A DNA stretch of 63,461 bases, the filler included, from Folioceros fuciformis (lineage: Eukaryota), in NCBI GenBank assembly GCA_049999805.1. It is 22 parts of 22 records of this genome, joined end to end, with 100 filler letters (N's around TTAATTAATTAA, not from the genome) between each part and the next. Parts side by side here need not be neighbours in the genome. Positions count along the whole stretch, not along the records: positions 13,154 to 14,312 come from JBNGIO010006672.1; positions 14,413 to 15,943 come from JBNGIO010006674.1; positions 16,044 to 21,966 come from JBNGIO010006675.1; positions 22,067 to 23,316 come from JBNGIO010006676.1; 18 more parts are not named here. The stretch is one strand, 5' to 3'. This document shows, piece by piece, positions 13,054 to 23,134 of the stretch. Under the pieces are notes generated by a model. That model ran no database searches, was not told the DNA's origin, and saw only the letters and a program-made list of their open reading frames with translations. A program made the position numbers and the translations under genes. Positions within the stretch are counted from its first letter, which is position 1. The number at the start of each line of letters is the position of its first letter.

Positions 13054-13153
13054 NNNNNNNNNNNNNNNNNNNNNNNNNNNNNNNNNNNNNNNNNNNNTTA
13101 ATTAATTAANNNNNNNNNNNNNNNNNNNNNNNNNNNNNNNNNNNNNNNNNNNN

Positions 13154-14312
13154 GAGTGCTTGGAGACATAGAGGAACGTAATCTCTCACCAGTTTGCATG
13201 GGAGTGTCGAGAGGTTTGCAATGCTGCATCTGATATTTATCTAGCATGTCTATTACATATCTTTCTTGATGAAGACTGATGCTATTGGTGTTAATGATAA
13301 CCTGTACGCCGAGGAGGGATTTGAGGACGCCATTGTCAGTCATCAGAAACTCCTTGCTGAGTTCGCTTTTGATCAAGTTAAGAAAACTAAGATCGTTGCA
13401 ACAAAGAACAAGGTCATCAATGTGGAGACCCAAGATAAGGTGAAAATTACCTTGTCTTCTTATGAGGACACTTGAATCTGCATGGGATTTGACGAAGCCC
13501 TTACTAAGCAAATGGAGTTGAAATCTTTCGTACCAGCCACGAGGTGACTGTTTTAAACCGTATAGGGTCTTGTGGAGTTTACATACTTTGTGGGCTTCCT
13601 TAGGTTTAACATAGCCCTTCGATTGTTGTAAATAAATTTCCTCTCGAAGAACACCGTTCAGAAAAGCTGTTTGCACATCCATTTGAGGTACATGCAAGTT
13701 GTGCATGGCAGATAAAGCAAGCATGACCCGCAAGGAGGTAAGCTTGACCACTGGACTGAAAGTGCTTTCCTTTTGATAATCTAAGCCATCCTTTTGAGTA
13801 AAACCCCGTGCAACGAGTCTAGCTTTGTACTTGGAAAGACTTCCATCAGCATTATACTGCTTTCTTAGTACCCATTTACTGATCACAATGCTTCTGCCGG
13901 GAGGAGGGTCTACGAGGGTCCAAGTTTCATTAGCAATGAGAGAGTTGAACTCTCGATCCATGGAAGCTCGCCACTCAGTGCCTTCGTCACCATTAAGTGC
14001 TTCTCGCACGGCATGAGGGTCACTGGTGATAGAGACGGAATTAGCTACAAGTTCTTTGGAGTACTCTAGGTCATCAAAACGTGTACCTGGTACTCCTTTA
14101 TTTGTTTTTGTCGAACGTCGTAATCGTGGACCATGTAGCTCTGCAGGTGCAGAGCTTAGTAACACTTCTTCAGGAGCTTGTGCAGCTAAATCTGATCCTT
14201 CTGCAGCTAAATCTGATCCTTCTGATCCTTCTCCCCCCGATAGCTGCACAGGTCTGCAAGGAATTGGATGTCGAGCCATCTGAGGAGAAGATAACACATG
14301 ATAGGGCGAGGG
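13154..14312 (-). mobile_element. Ty1/copia element E, RT region
   Basis: YKARLVARGF, MDVQTAFLNG, YGLKQSPR, and HIDD in place of YVDD. Confidence 0.95.
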
Positions 14313-14592
14313 NNNNNNNNNNNNNNNNNNNNNNNNNNNNNNNNNNNNNNNNNNNNTTAATTAATTAANNNNNNNNNNNNNNNNNNNNNNNNNNNNNNNN
14401 NNNNNNNNNNNNGCTTCCATGAAATCTTCTTCCTTCTTTTGTTTACTACTCATAACCCCATACAACCACCAATAGCGCGGCCGACCAAACGGATCAAAAT
14501 GCGAGGCCGGCATGAGCCATGCATGCTCTATCGCAATCGGCATGATTACATTGGCGGGCCACGCCGGTCGTAGCTAACTCGCTGCCCCTAGC

Positions 14593-15446
14593 CTACGACT
14601 GTTTTCTCTTGCGCGAGGCCCTGGCTGCCAGCGATCGCACCCTCCGAGGCACGCCGGGGTTCACTAGCGCCCTCCTCTTCATTCAGTGTGCCATCATGAC
14701 GGGATGCAGCTGCTCAAACACGCTGTACAACGGTGCAATGGTGCTTTATCCGGCAGCGATGTGGAGGCGTCCCGAATGGAAGATGGTGACAGTCATCTCG
14801 GTGCTGCCCTCGAACTTCGCTATCAACCCATTGAACCCCTCTCAATGCCGGTGGGTCCAAGCGCACTTGTTTCACCTCGAGCGCGCTCATGCCCTCAACT
14901 AGGGTTGCGTGAAGCCCTGCCAAGTCGATTGCGTCCGCACCTGCGTCGTCTTCATGCAGTGTGGCATGCACCACAATGTCGGTGACCTTGAGGTCGTTGG
15001 GATCAAAGCGTGCATCGTACCCCAGCCTCTTCACCATCGCGACAAGCTTCTCGCAAGCACCATTCTGCTGCTCGCGCCATGCTGGTCCTAGCACGACCAC
15101 ACGCCCTGTCCTCAACACGCGCAGCGTCAGGTAAGGCCCCGAGGATCCGCTGAGTCGCACCCTCACCGTTGCCATGGCTCCACCATTTTGCTCATGATGG
15201 TACTCCACGTTCGGAAGGTGGAGAGCCAAGTGAGTCAAGTCGAATCGCACGTGAAGCGTGGTGCTTGCCACCACGTTCACTAGCTTGGGTATCACCCCCG
15301 ATGGATGCTCTCTTCAAAGTGCGCACGCGTCCTCGTCAGCGTCGACCAATGCTAATCCCCGTGGGCGTGTCTTTATACACGTACCGCGCCATGGTCCTCG
15401 TCCGGCTCGTCTCGGCTGCGACGGCCACATCGTGCGGGTCATGCAT
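14593..15446 (-). pseudogene. Divergent intronless TATA-binding-protein-like gene, copy 1
   Basis: IPKLVNVVASTTLHVRFDLTHLALHLPNVEY..TGRVVVLG..MVKRLGY..KVTDIVV..FNGLI..VTIFHSGRL..FEQLHPVM aligns by eye with both TBP repeats. About two frameshifts and three stops. Confidence 0.85.
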
Positions 15447-15660
15447 CTCCGCATTGGTCGGGCCCGACTTAACGCACACGTGCGCGCGAGCGACACCGAG
15501 TGCCGCACGGCGTCGTCCTTTCGTTGGAGCGCTGGCACGTGCTGAAGCGATTCCAAGTGCGCGAAGGGACGTCCTTTGGATTTTGCTGCAAGAGCACGTT
15601 AGTACCGGCCCACGGCAGCAACTACTAGCTCTAAGTGCATACACCGCATGCCAACACAAG

Positions 15661-15668
15661 TATATATA
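15661..15668 (-). promoter_or_regulatory. Candidate TATA box upstream of the TBP-like gene
   Basis: TATATATA in GC-rich context, about 215 nt upstream of the inferred ATG. Confidence 0.35.
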
Positions 15669-16043
15669 GGACCACTCGCCCTTGGTCTTTGGCGAGTGCT
15701 TTGCGCGCAGGCTAGAACTTGTATCTCGATAAATCTACGTGTCGTACGTGATGAATATCGCCACGCACCGTTACCCAAGGACAACCGTGTTCAGGGAATG
15801 GTACCGCCCCTCCCATGTGCAACCCTTTTCCTGGTTTTCCCTCTAGGCCCTGACCCTCAGCGCTGCAGGGTTCCCGAGCATGACCAACGTTTTGTCGCTT
15901 CCATGAAATCTTCTTCCTTCTTTTGTTTACTACTCATAACCCCNNNNNNNNNNNNNNNNNNNNNNNNNNNNNNNNNNNNNNNNNNNNTTAATTAATTAAN
16001 NNNNNNNNNNNNNNNNNNNNNNNNNNNNNNNNNNNNNNNNNNN

Positions 16044-16382
16044 GTCGGGAAGGGCCTTGAAGCGCTGGAAGGCCAGGTCCAGCTGGCGGAGGTAGGTGGC
16101 GTTGTCAGCGATCAAATGGGCGGCAGGCCGGATCCTCATGGTCAGATTTCGCAGCCCGGTCTGCTCCACATACTCCTTCCAGGTCTTGAAGATGGGCTTG
16201 GGCTTGCGCATCAACGAATCCAGAGAGCAGCAATTGGGATTAAGAGTTACCAGGTCTCCCACGGGGGCTGGATTGGGATTGCAGTCCCAAAAATCGGCTT
16301 CCAGGGGCCCTGCTTCCGCGACTAGGGCGAGGGTAGCACACAGTAGCGTTGTCAGCAACAGCATCTCCGCCTGCCGGTCCAT
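16044..16382 (-). CDS. PPO: Polyphenol oxidase, 5' part, with signal peptide
   Basis: Hydrophobic leader MLLLTTLLCATLALVAEA, conserved C..CC, then MRIRPAAHL..Y..AFQRFKALPD, which precedes CuA. Runs off the contig. Confidence 0.85.
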
Positions 16383-17811
16383 CTGGGATCGGTGCGCGCA
16401 GGCTGGAAGGGCTTTTGCGATTGCGATGCATTTGTACTAGAAGCTCCGTATTTTTATCTCCTCCATGGTTTCGTGGATGAAAATTTGACAATGTCAAATG
16501 TCCCCTCCCATCGTCTTTCACTTCACCGCATGCTGAATTGTTGGGTAGTGCAGGTGCTGCTGCGAGTCACGGTACAGATCAATAATTCACCCCAAACCAG
16601 TACAATGCAGCGGCAGGTACAGAACACGAGACTGCCTTGCACACCGTTCCTTGCGGGATGGTCCAAGACTCCAGGTAACAGTCAAGGGACAACGCATTCC
16701 ATGTAACACATATGGTAGGCGTCATCCCACTGAACGGTCATCCAGCTCGTGACAGTCGGGAGCTGGTGACGTACACGACTCTGCTCTTGCAGTGTACGGC
16801 ACGCGGGCCCTGGTCTACGAATCGATACCCAAGGGATCGACTTTGGTATCGATGTCGAGAAATGAACGGCCCCAGAACATGGCGGCAGCCTCCATACTCC
16901 AGACTACGTCATGTACATCGTCAGGTCTGCGTGCACGATTTACAGAAGAGAAACTGCAGGGTGCAGGCACGCAGCAACTAATGAAGCCAAAAGCGATGGA
17001 TGTCAATCGTCAATCGTGATGACGCGGCATTCCGGCTCACACTCCTGTTCTCCACTTTCCAGGCCAGCCTCACATCTCCAACACTGCGCTCGTGCTCAAA
17101 AGGTCGGCTCCGATTTCGATTCGGCATGTGTTTTGGACTATCCCTGACAGGCTGAAAAGCAAAGCTTTAGCAATTCGTATTGCTGTACGCTGTCCCGGAC
17201 CTTGGACAGCTCTGCTGTTACGGCGACAAATGCAAAGAGCCGTCTTTCCAAGCACTTGGCTCCAACCCCTCTCGCTCCTTCTCAGTGGAGTGAGTCGTTT
17301 GCGGAGCCCTGTCACCGCCTCGTCAGGAGCAGGGGCCGGGAGGGCCCGGCCGCACACCGCTCAAGTCCCAGACGAGTGCATCAAACCTGGTGCCCACCAG
17401 CTCACCGCCAATCCACGCTCTCGCCCATTTCCTCGCCCTCTTCCTCCTCCCCTTCCTTGTCCGGAACAACCAACAGTCCAGGATTCGGGCTGCAGCATGT
17501 CCCATTGTCCCTCATTTCTCGTCTTTTGTGCACCAAGCACGCCACATACCATCTGTACAGGATCTTTCCAAAACCTAAACAGAATTTATATCTAGTTTTA
17601 TATTTTAGCTCCTTTCGAGATCTAGACAAGACATATGCCAAATACCGAATGACCCCACAATTTATTTTTAAGATCTCCCACTAGCTTTGCACGGTTGATG
17701 TATAGTCCGCTTCATACATGAGCGACAATGACTGACTACTTATGGTACAGCTGTCTACGTTTGATACGGAGTGGACTTCATTGAAAGAAGCAATTTAGAA
17801 TCCTTCTACCA

Positions 17812-17870
17812 CTAAGTCCCATGAGGATCCTAAGTCCCATGAGGATCCTAAGTCCCATGAGGATTCTAAG
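17812..17870. repeat. 18-bp tandem repeat x3
   Basis: CTAAGTCCCATGAGGATC repeated three times. Confidence 0.9.
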
Positions 17871-19357
17871 ATTCCAAGGGTCTCCGTGGTCACTAAGGGA
17901 CAAGTTCTTTCCAATACCAAGATCTTTACACTTCTTGTTCAATTTTTAAGTAGTAGTAGGAAGTTCCTATGGACCATGTAAAAAAATGAAGCAACAGAAA
18001 TATCATAAAAATATTCAATACTATTAAATATACAATTTATTTAACATTTCTTTATATCAAATAATAGAATCGAAAGCATTTGCAAGAAAGTATCATAGAA
18101 TGTTTCCTAATATCAAGGAATGTTTCCTTCCAAGAGTAGGATTGGCCTCCCTTTTTTAAGCATTCTAGCTTTCTACATATAAAAAGTATTCTACATATAA
18201 AGAGTATTCATCACCCTTGAAAGGGTAGTCACTAGGGTAGTCACTATGGCGATGCCATGTGTAGGATGACAACAAGTGCTATACAAGCAACATCTTTGGC
18301 ACACCCTAATAGTAGGTCCTTTCCTAGTCTGAGCGTTTGCCACCCTCTGTGCCGTAGGCAATTACAATTTAGTCAACAATTACAATGAGCATTAGTCTCT
18401 CATGATTTAGTGTTGCTCTTCCAAGTGGTTGTTCCCTTCCATGTCTTCGTCTACCACGTTGATGGCTCCGAAAGACTGCCCCGCACACCGGTCATACTCT
18501 ACTAACGACTCGGTCTCACGGTGACCGTTGACAATCTGTTGCGTGTCCACCCCGCCGTTAAGAACCAAATTTGTCCCATGGCCTCTGCAAATGTCATTGC
18601 AAGTGGCGGCCACAAGCAAGCACGTCACAGTTCTTGGTGGAAGCATGTGGATCCACATCGCCGCTTTGGCCACAGAGTGCTTCACGAACGTCGCTGCTAT
18701 TATCTGTCTGCTGGCCGAGGAGCATCCTTCTGAAATCGCTTTTAGTTATCCCCGTCGTCCTAGTTCCAAATCCTCGGACGTGAGGAGTACTTTGTGGGCA
18801 GACTGTGGAAAGAAAACAAGGTGGAGGAAGGTATGAAGGTAAAGAAGAAGAAAATGTACATACGTATCTGAGTGGATGAATCTGGTCCTAAGGAAAGGAA
18901 CTTGTTACATGCTTCACCAGCTGCTGTACTGTAACATGTGGACTGAGATCTGAAGGCCCACGGGTGGCCTTCGATTCCTTAGTTGCCTGGCTTTTACCAA
19001 TTAGTTCACCAGTCTCAAGACTTTGAAGACTTTGAGAATGCTTTCTCCAGGGTCGTGGCTTGCCAGCCACTCGGCTTCATGCTCCGGCACCAAACAGTGG
19101 TAGTACCACAACACATTCATGACGTGGTGTCCCTCACATTGTGACGTCATAAGTAGATTGTTTTCATTAACCTTTCTCAAGTTGTGAACAACGGGAGTCT
19201 GAACGACGACTCTCCACTTTGATTGAAATGGTCAAATGAAGATCCTCAAATGTTCAAATGCATTGAGGATCCTCAAATGCTCACTTCAAAGGACACTGCA
19301 ATTCCCTGAATTCCCCTAGCTTCGAGCGAGATCACGTGAACCAGACGCCTCTACGCT

Positions 19358-19418
19358 TCTCCGTAACAGGCACCTACCGACGTTGTGAGACAACGCAGGT
19401 AGGTGCCTGTTACGGAGA
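19358..19418. repeat. 61-nt near-perfect hairpin
   Basis: 21-bp perfect arms TCTCCGTAACAGGCACCTACC/GGTAGGTGCCTGTTACGGAGA, a 2-nt mismatch, a 6-bp inner stem and a 3-nt loop. Confidence 0.9.
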
Positions 19419-20230
19419 CAACCGGGGCAGTCGCTGACGCCGTGGCAATACTAAGTAGACTCTCGTTGAGGGCTACACGGAGCATCGGGAATTGGAGACT
19501 TGCAAGACCTTATTTTTGAAGTCCACAGCACGCCCAACCTACCAAACGCAGAGCACAGGTTGCAGATGCCGAGCTCAGGTTGCAGATGAGAGAGAAACAT
19601 TGTTATGACATCTTCCGCAAGATATGCACTCGATTCTTCTACCTCGTTGAGAAGCGCTCTCGTGTGCGTTGTAGGCTGCGACTTCACGGGGAATTCTGGA
19701 GCACAGGATACAGATGTTGCGCACACATGATTTGATGCGGAAGCGGCGTAGGTGAACCAGGAATCCGCCTCAGGACTGCGCACCAGTCTCAATTTGGTGG
19801 CGACCCTGACTCACCTACGACGCCTCAGCATCAGAGCTTGTGCTGTGAACCCGACCCATTCGTGATATGCTCAGTTCAGGGCTCCTCGCATCGTCGAAAG
19901 GCCGCAAAGCCGCATCTTCAACTGACCACGAAAGTGCCACAAACTCGAGAAGTGAAAACTGCTTGTAGAGTGCTTCGTGTATCACACGAATCTTCTCATC
20001 TCATCTACGGCATGACAAGGAGAACAAGCGTCTAAAAGGGCACATTCAAGCCCAGAAGGTACTAGTCCCGAGATAGCGGATTTTGAACGACCTCCTGTGA
20101 TAAGAATGTCGTGGTCCGAGAAGAAAGGACCCACCTACCACCAGCCTCCCCAAGATGTCGCCTTCCCGCGCTTGATCCACACATCGCTTACGCATTACCT
20201 TGATAAAAGGTACATCGCGTACGCCACCGG

Positions 20231-20972
20231 ACATGCTTGTACTTTGCAAGCAAACCTTTGCCCAAGCAAGGGCGCGCTCCCATCCATGCGGTGTTTGAGC
20301 TTTTGGTATGGCACGCCAAAGCGGACACTCTCTCACTATACAACATTTTTTAATGCTTTGTCATACGTATCTATCAAAATATCTTTTTTTCATCTTACAT
20401 TTTTTATGTCGTTTTCAAGGGTTACAGCCCTTTTGAGCTGGATGTGGGCGTATGGTATACCAAAGGGGACACGGCCATGTTGAGCCATGTCCCCTTTGGT
20501 ACGGCGTCCAGTTCAACATGTCCCCTCCCCTTTGGTGCGGCGTACAGTTCAACATGTCCCCTCCCCTTTGGTGCGGCGTCCAATTTGGTTGATTTATTAA
20601 AAAGACAAGAAAAATATAAATATTGAAAGGGAATATTCAATTAAATATCTTAGAAAAAAAAAATGTATAGCATAAATGTATCTCATACCAAACATCGCCA
20701 TGTAACCATGGGGGCTTGGGCAAGGTTTGCTTGCAAAGTGCAAGCATGTGCAATTTGGTTTTGGCCCTCAAATTCGCATACGCGCCAAAGCGGACGTGTC
20801 CCTTTAATGCGGAATTCGACCCAAGCGGACGTGTCCCTTTAGTGCGGAATCCGGTCGGTCTACCAAAACCGACACGGAAAAAGGATCAAAGAGAATATTT
20901 GAGTAAATATTCTATGGAAAAGCATTAAAAAATATATAGTGAGAGAGGGTCGCTTTGGCATGCCATATCAAA
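20231..20972. mobile_element. Non-coding foldback-like repeat, probably a non-autonomous DNA transposon
   Basis: Inverted pairs 20231-20267/20714-20749 and 20302-20340/20935-20972, with internal 36-bp tandem units. The motif GGACACTCTCTCACTATAC recurs near 32757. Confidence 0.55.
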
Positions 20973-21322
20973 TTCGCAGACCCGCCAAAAGGTCTAACCT
21001 TTCTTTGTAAAAGAACCGACAGAGAGGAGCCGCGTCTCCTTTGGCATGCCCAGCTCAATTATTGTGGGCCCTTGAGCTCTTGTGGTACTTCCTTCTACAA
21101 AGTTGCAGGCATCATGAATGGTGTGGAATCTGCCGCCAGTGACCACGTGACATCATGTATTCTTAGTCGAGTCTGGCCCATTCAAATCCAATGCCACTTG
21201 TTATCAACTCTGGGCCAAAATGCAGTCAGTCCCAATTCAAAGAGGTGGTAACCTCAGAGAAAGGACGCACATGGCAAGGTGTGAATCTGGGCAGAAATAG
21301 GCGTACTTGTTTATATCAGTCC

Positions 21323-21966
21323 CTATACCATGGCAAGCGACTGATCTACGTCCCACCCCCCCATTGTCTCAAATATGGAAGGAGGCTCATGCTTGGAAAT
21401 GCCCTTAACAGGCTTGGCTTGAGCAGCAGCAGAGGCGTCGTAGGTGAGCCAGGGATTCTCCACCTCCTGGTATTGGTATCTGAGGGGTTCGGTACTGAGA
21501 CAGTCAGCGACGGTAACCTTCACAATCTCACCATTCTCATCGTAGAAGTAAAACGCAGCATTCAAGAAGTCGTCATCGTCGTAGTTGTTCCTGCCCGGCT
21601 GCGCCTGCAACAACCTCACGACGCACGTACAGACTGGTTGGTGAATACATGGAAGCAAATAGCCTTTGGAGGACAGGAAACAGAAGAAAGCAAATCCCAC
21701 ACCCACCAGCCAGACATCCCACAGCCTGTCCACATTGGCGTGGTGCGGGAAGAAGAGCGGGTCCCTGACAGCGTGGTAGATCACTCCCATATCCGCAAAA
21801 GCGTAGGCCGCGTCTCCCAACCAGAAATGCACCGCCATGTGCGCCCTCCTCTCAAAAAACCCGTCGTTGTCCAGCTTTGTTCTCCCAGCCCGCATTGGGT
21901 TCGACAGAAACGGTGCTTGCTCCCCGTTGGCTGTGCTGTCCAGCAGGTATCGCATGATCGCGTTGT
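21323..21966 (-). CDS. PPO: Polyphenol oxidase, 3' part (CuB + DWL domain), with intron 21605-21706
   Basis: HMAVHFW..DMG..RDPLFFPHHANVDRLW, then DFLNAAFYFYDENG..VKVTVADCL..LRYQY..PW. The 102-nt intron has GT..AG ends. Confidence 0.93.
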
Positions 21967-22283
21967 NNNNNNNNNNNNNNNNNNNNNNNNNNNNNNNNNN
22001 NNNNNNNNNNTTAATTAATTAANNNNNNNNNNNNNNNNNNNNNNNNNNNNNNNNNNNNNNNNNNNNATACGTGTGTTGGCGTGCGGTGTATGCATATAGA
22101 GCTAGTAGTTGCTGATGTGGGCCGGTACTAATGTGCTCCTGCGGCGGAATCCAAAGGATGTCCTTGCGTGCACTTGGAATCGTTTCCGCGTGTGCCAGCG
22201 ATCCAACGAAAGGATGACGACATGCGGCACTCGGGATCGCTCCCGTGCGTGCGTGCGTCGTGTTGGGCCTAGCCGATGTGGAG

Positions 22284-23134
22284 ATGCATGACCCGCGCGA
22301 CGTGGCCGCCACAGCCGAGACGAGTTGGACGAGGACCATGGCGTGGTACGTGTATAAAGACACGTCCACGGGATTAGCATTGGTCGACGCTAACGAGGAC
22401 GTGTGCGCACTTCGAAGAGAGCATCCATTGAGGGTGATACCCAAGCTAGTCAACGTGGTGGTAAGCACCACGCTTCATGTGCGATTCGACTTGACTCACT
22501 TGGCTCTCCACCTTCCCAACGTGGAGTACCATCCTTAGCAAAATGGTGGAGCCATGGCAATGGTGAGGGTGCGACTCAATGGGTCCTCGGGGCCTTACCT
22601 GACGCTGCACGTGTTAAGGACAGGGCATGTAGTCGTGCTAGGGCCAGCATCGCGCGAGCAGCAGAATGGTGCTTGCGAGAAGCTTGTCACGATGGTGAAG
22701 AGGCTGGGTACGATGCACACTTTGATCCCAACGACCTCAAGGTCACCGAGATTGTGGTGCATGCAGCACTACTTGAAGACGACATGGATGCGGACGCAAT
22801 CGACTTGGCAAGGCTTCGCAAAACCCTAGCTGCGGGCATGAGCGCACTCAAGTTGAAACTAGTGCACTTGGACCTACCGGCATTGAGCGGGTTCAGTGGG
22901 TTGATAGTGAAGTTCGAGGGCAGCACCGAGATGTCCGTCACAATCTTGCATTCGGAACGCCTTCACATTGCTGCCGGAGAAAGCACCATTACACCGCTGT
23001 ACAACTTGTTTGAGCAGGTGCATCCCATCATGATGGCACACAGAATGAAGAGGAGGGCGCTAGCGAACCCCGACGCGCCTTAGAGTGTGCGATCGCGGGC
23101 GGCCAGCGCCCCATGCAAGAGAAAGCGGTCGTAG
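22284..23134 (+). pseudogene. Divergent TBP-like gene, copy 2
   Basis: Colinear with copy 1. TAG at 22536, -1 frameshift near 22708, TAG at 23081. Confidence 0.85.

Larger units (their letters stand above)
14413..15943. repeat. 1,484-bp self-looping unit (tandem repeat or circle) carrying a TBP-like gene
   Basis: The first 47 nt (14413-14459) recur exactly at 15897-15943. A diverged copy lies at 22067-23316. Confidence 0.8.

Noticed and set aside
15169-15669. Plus-strand ORFs opposite the TBP-like gene (also 22019-22471)
   Set aside because: Shadow frames of GC-rich coding DNA with no motifs.
16400-19300. Many short overlapping ORFs between the PPO genes (likewise 28300-30500 and 61700-62350)
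   Set aside because: No recognisable domains or consistent exon structure.
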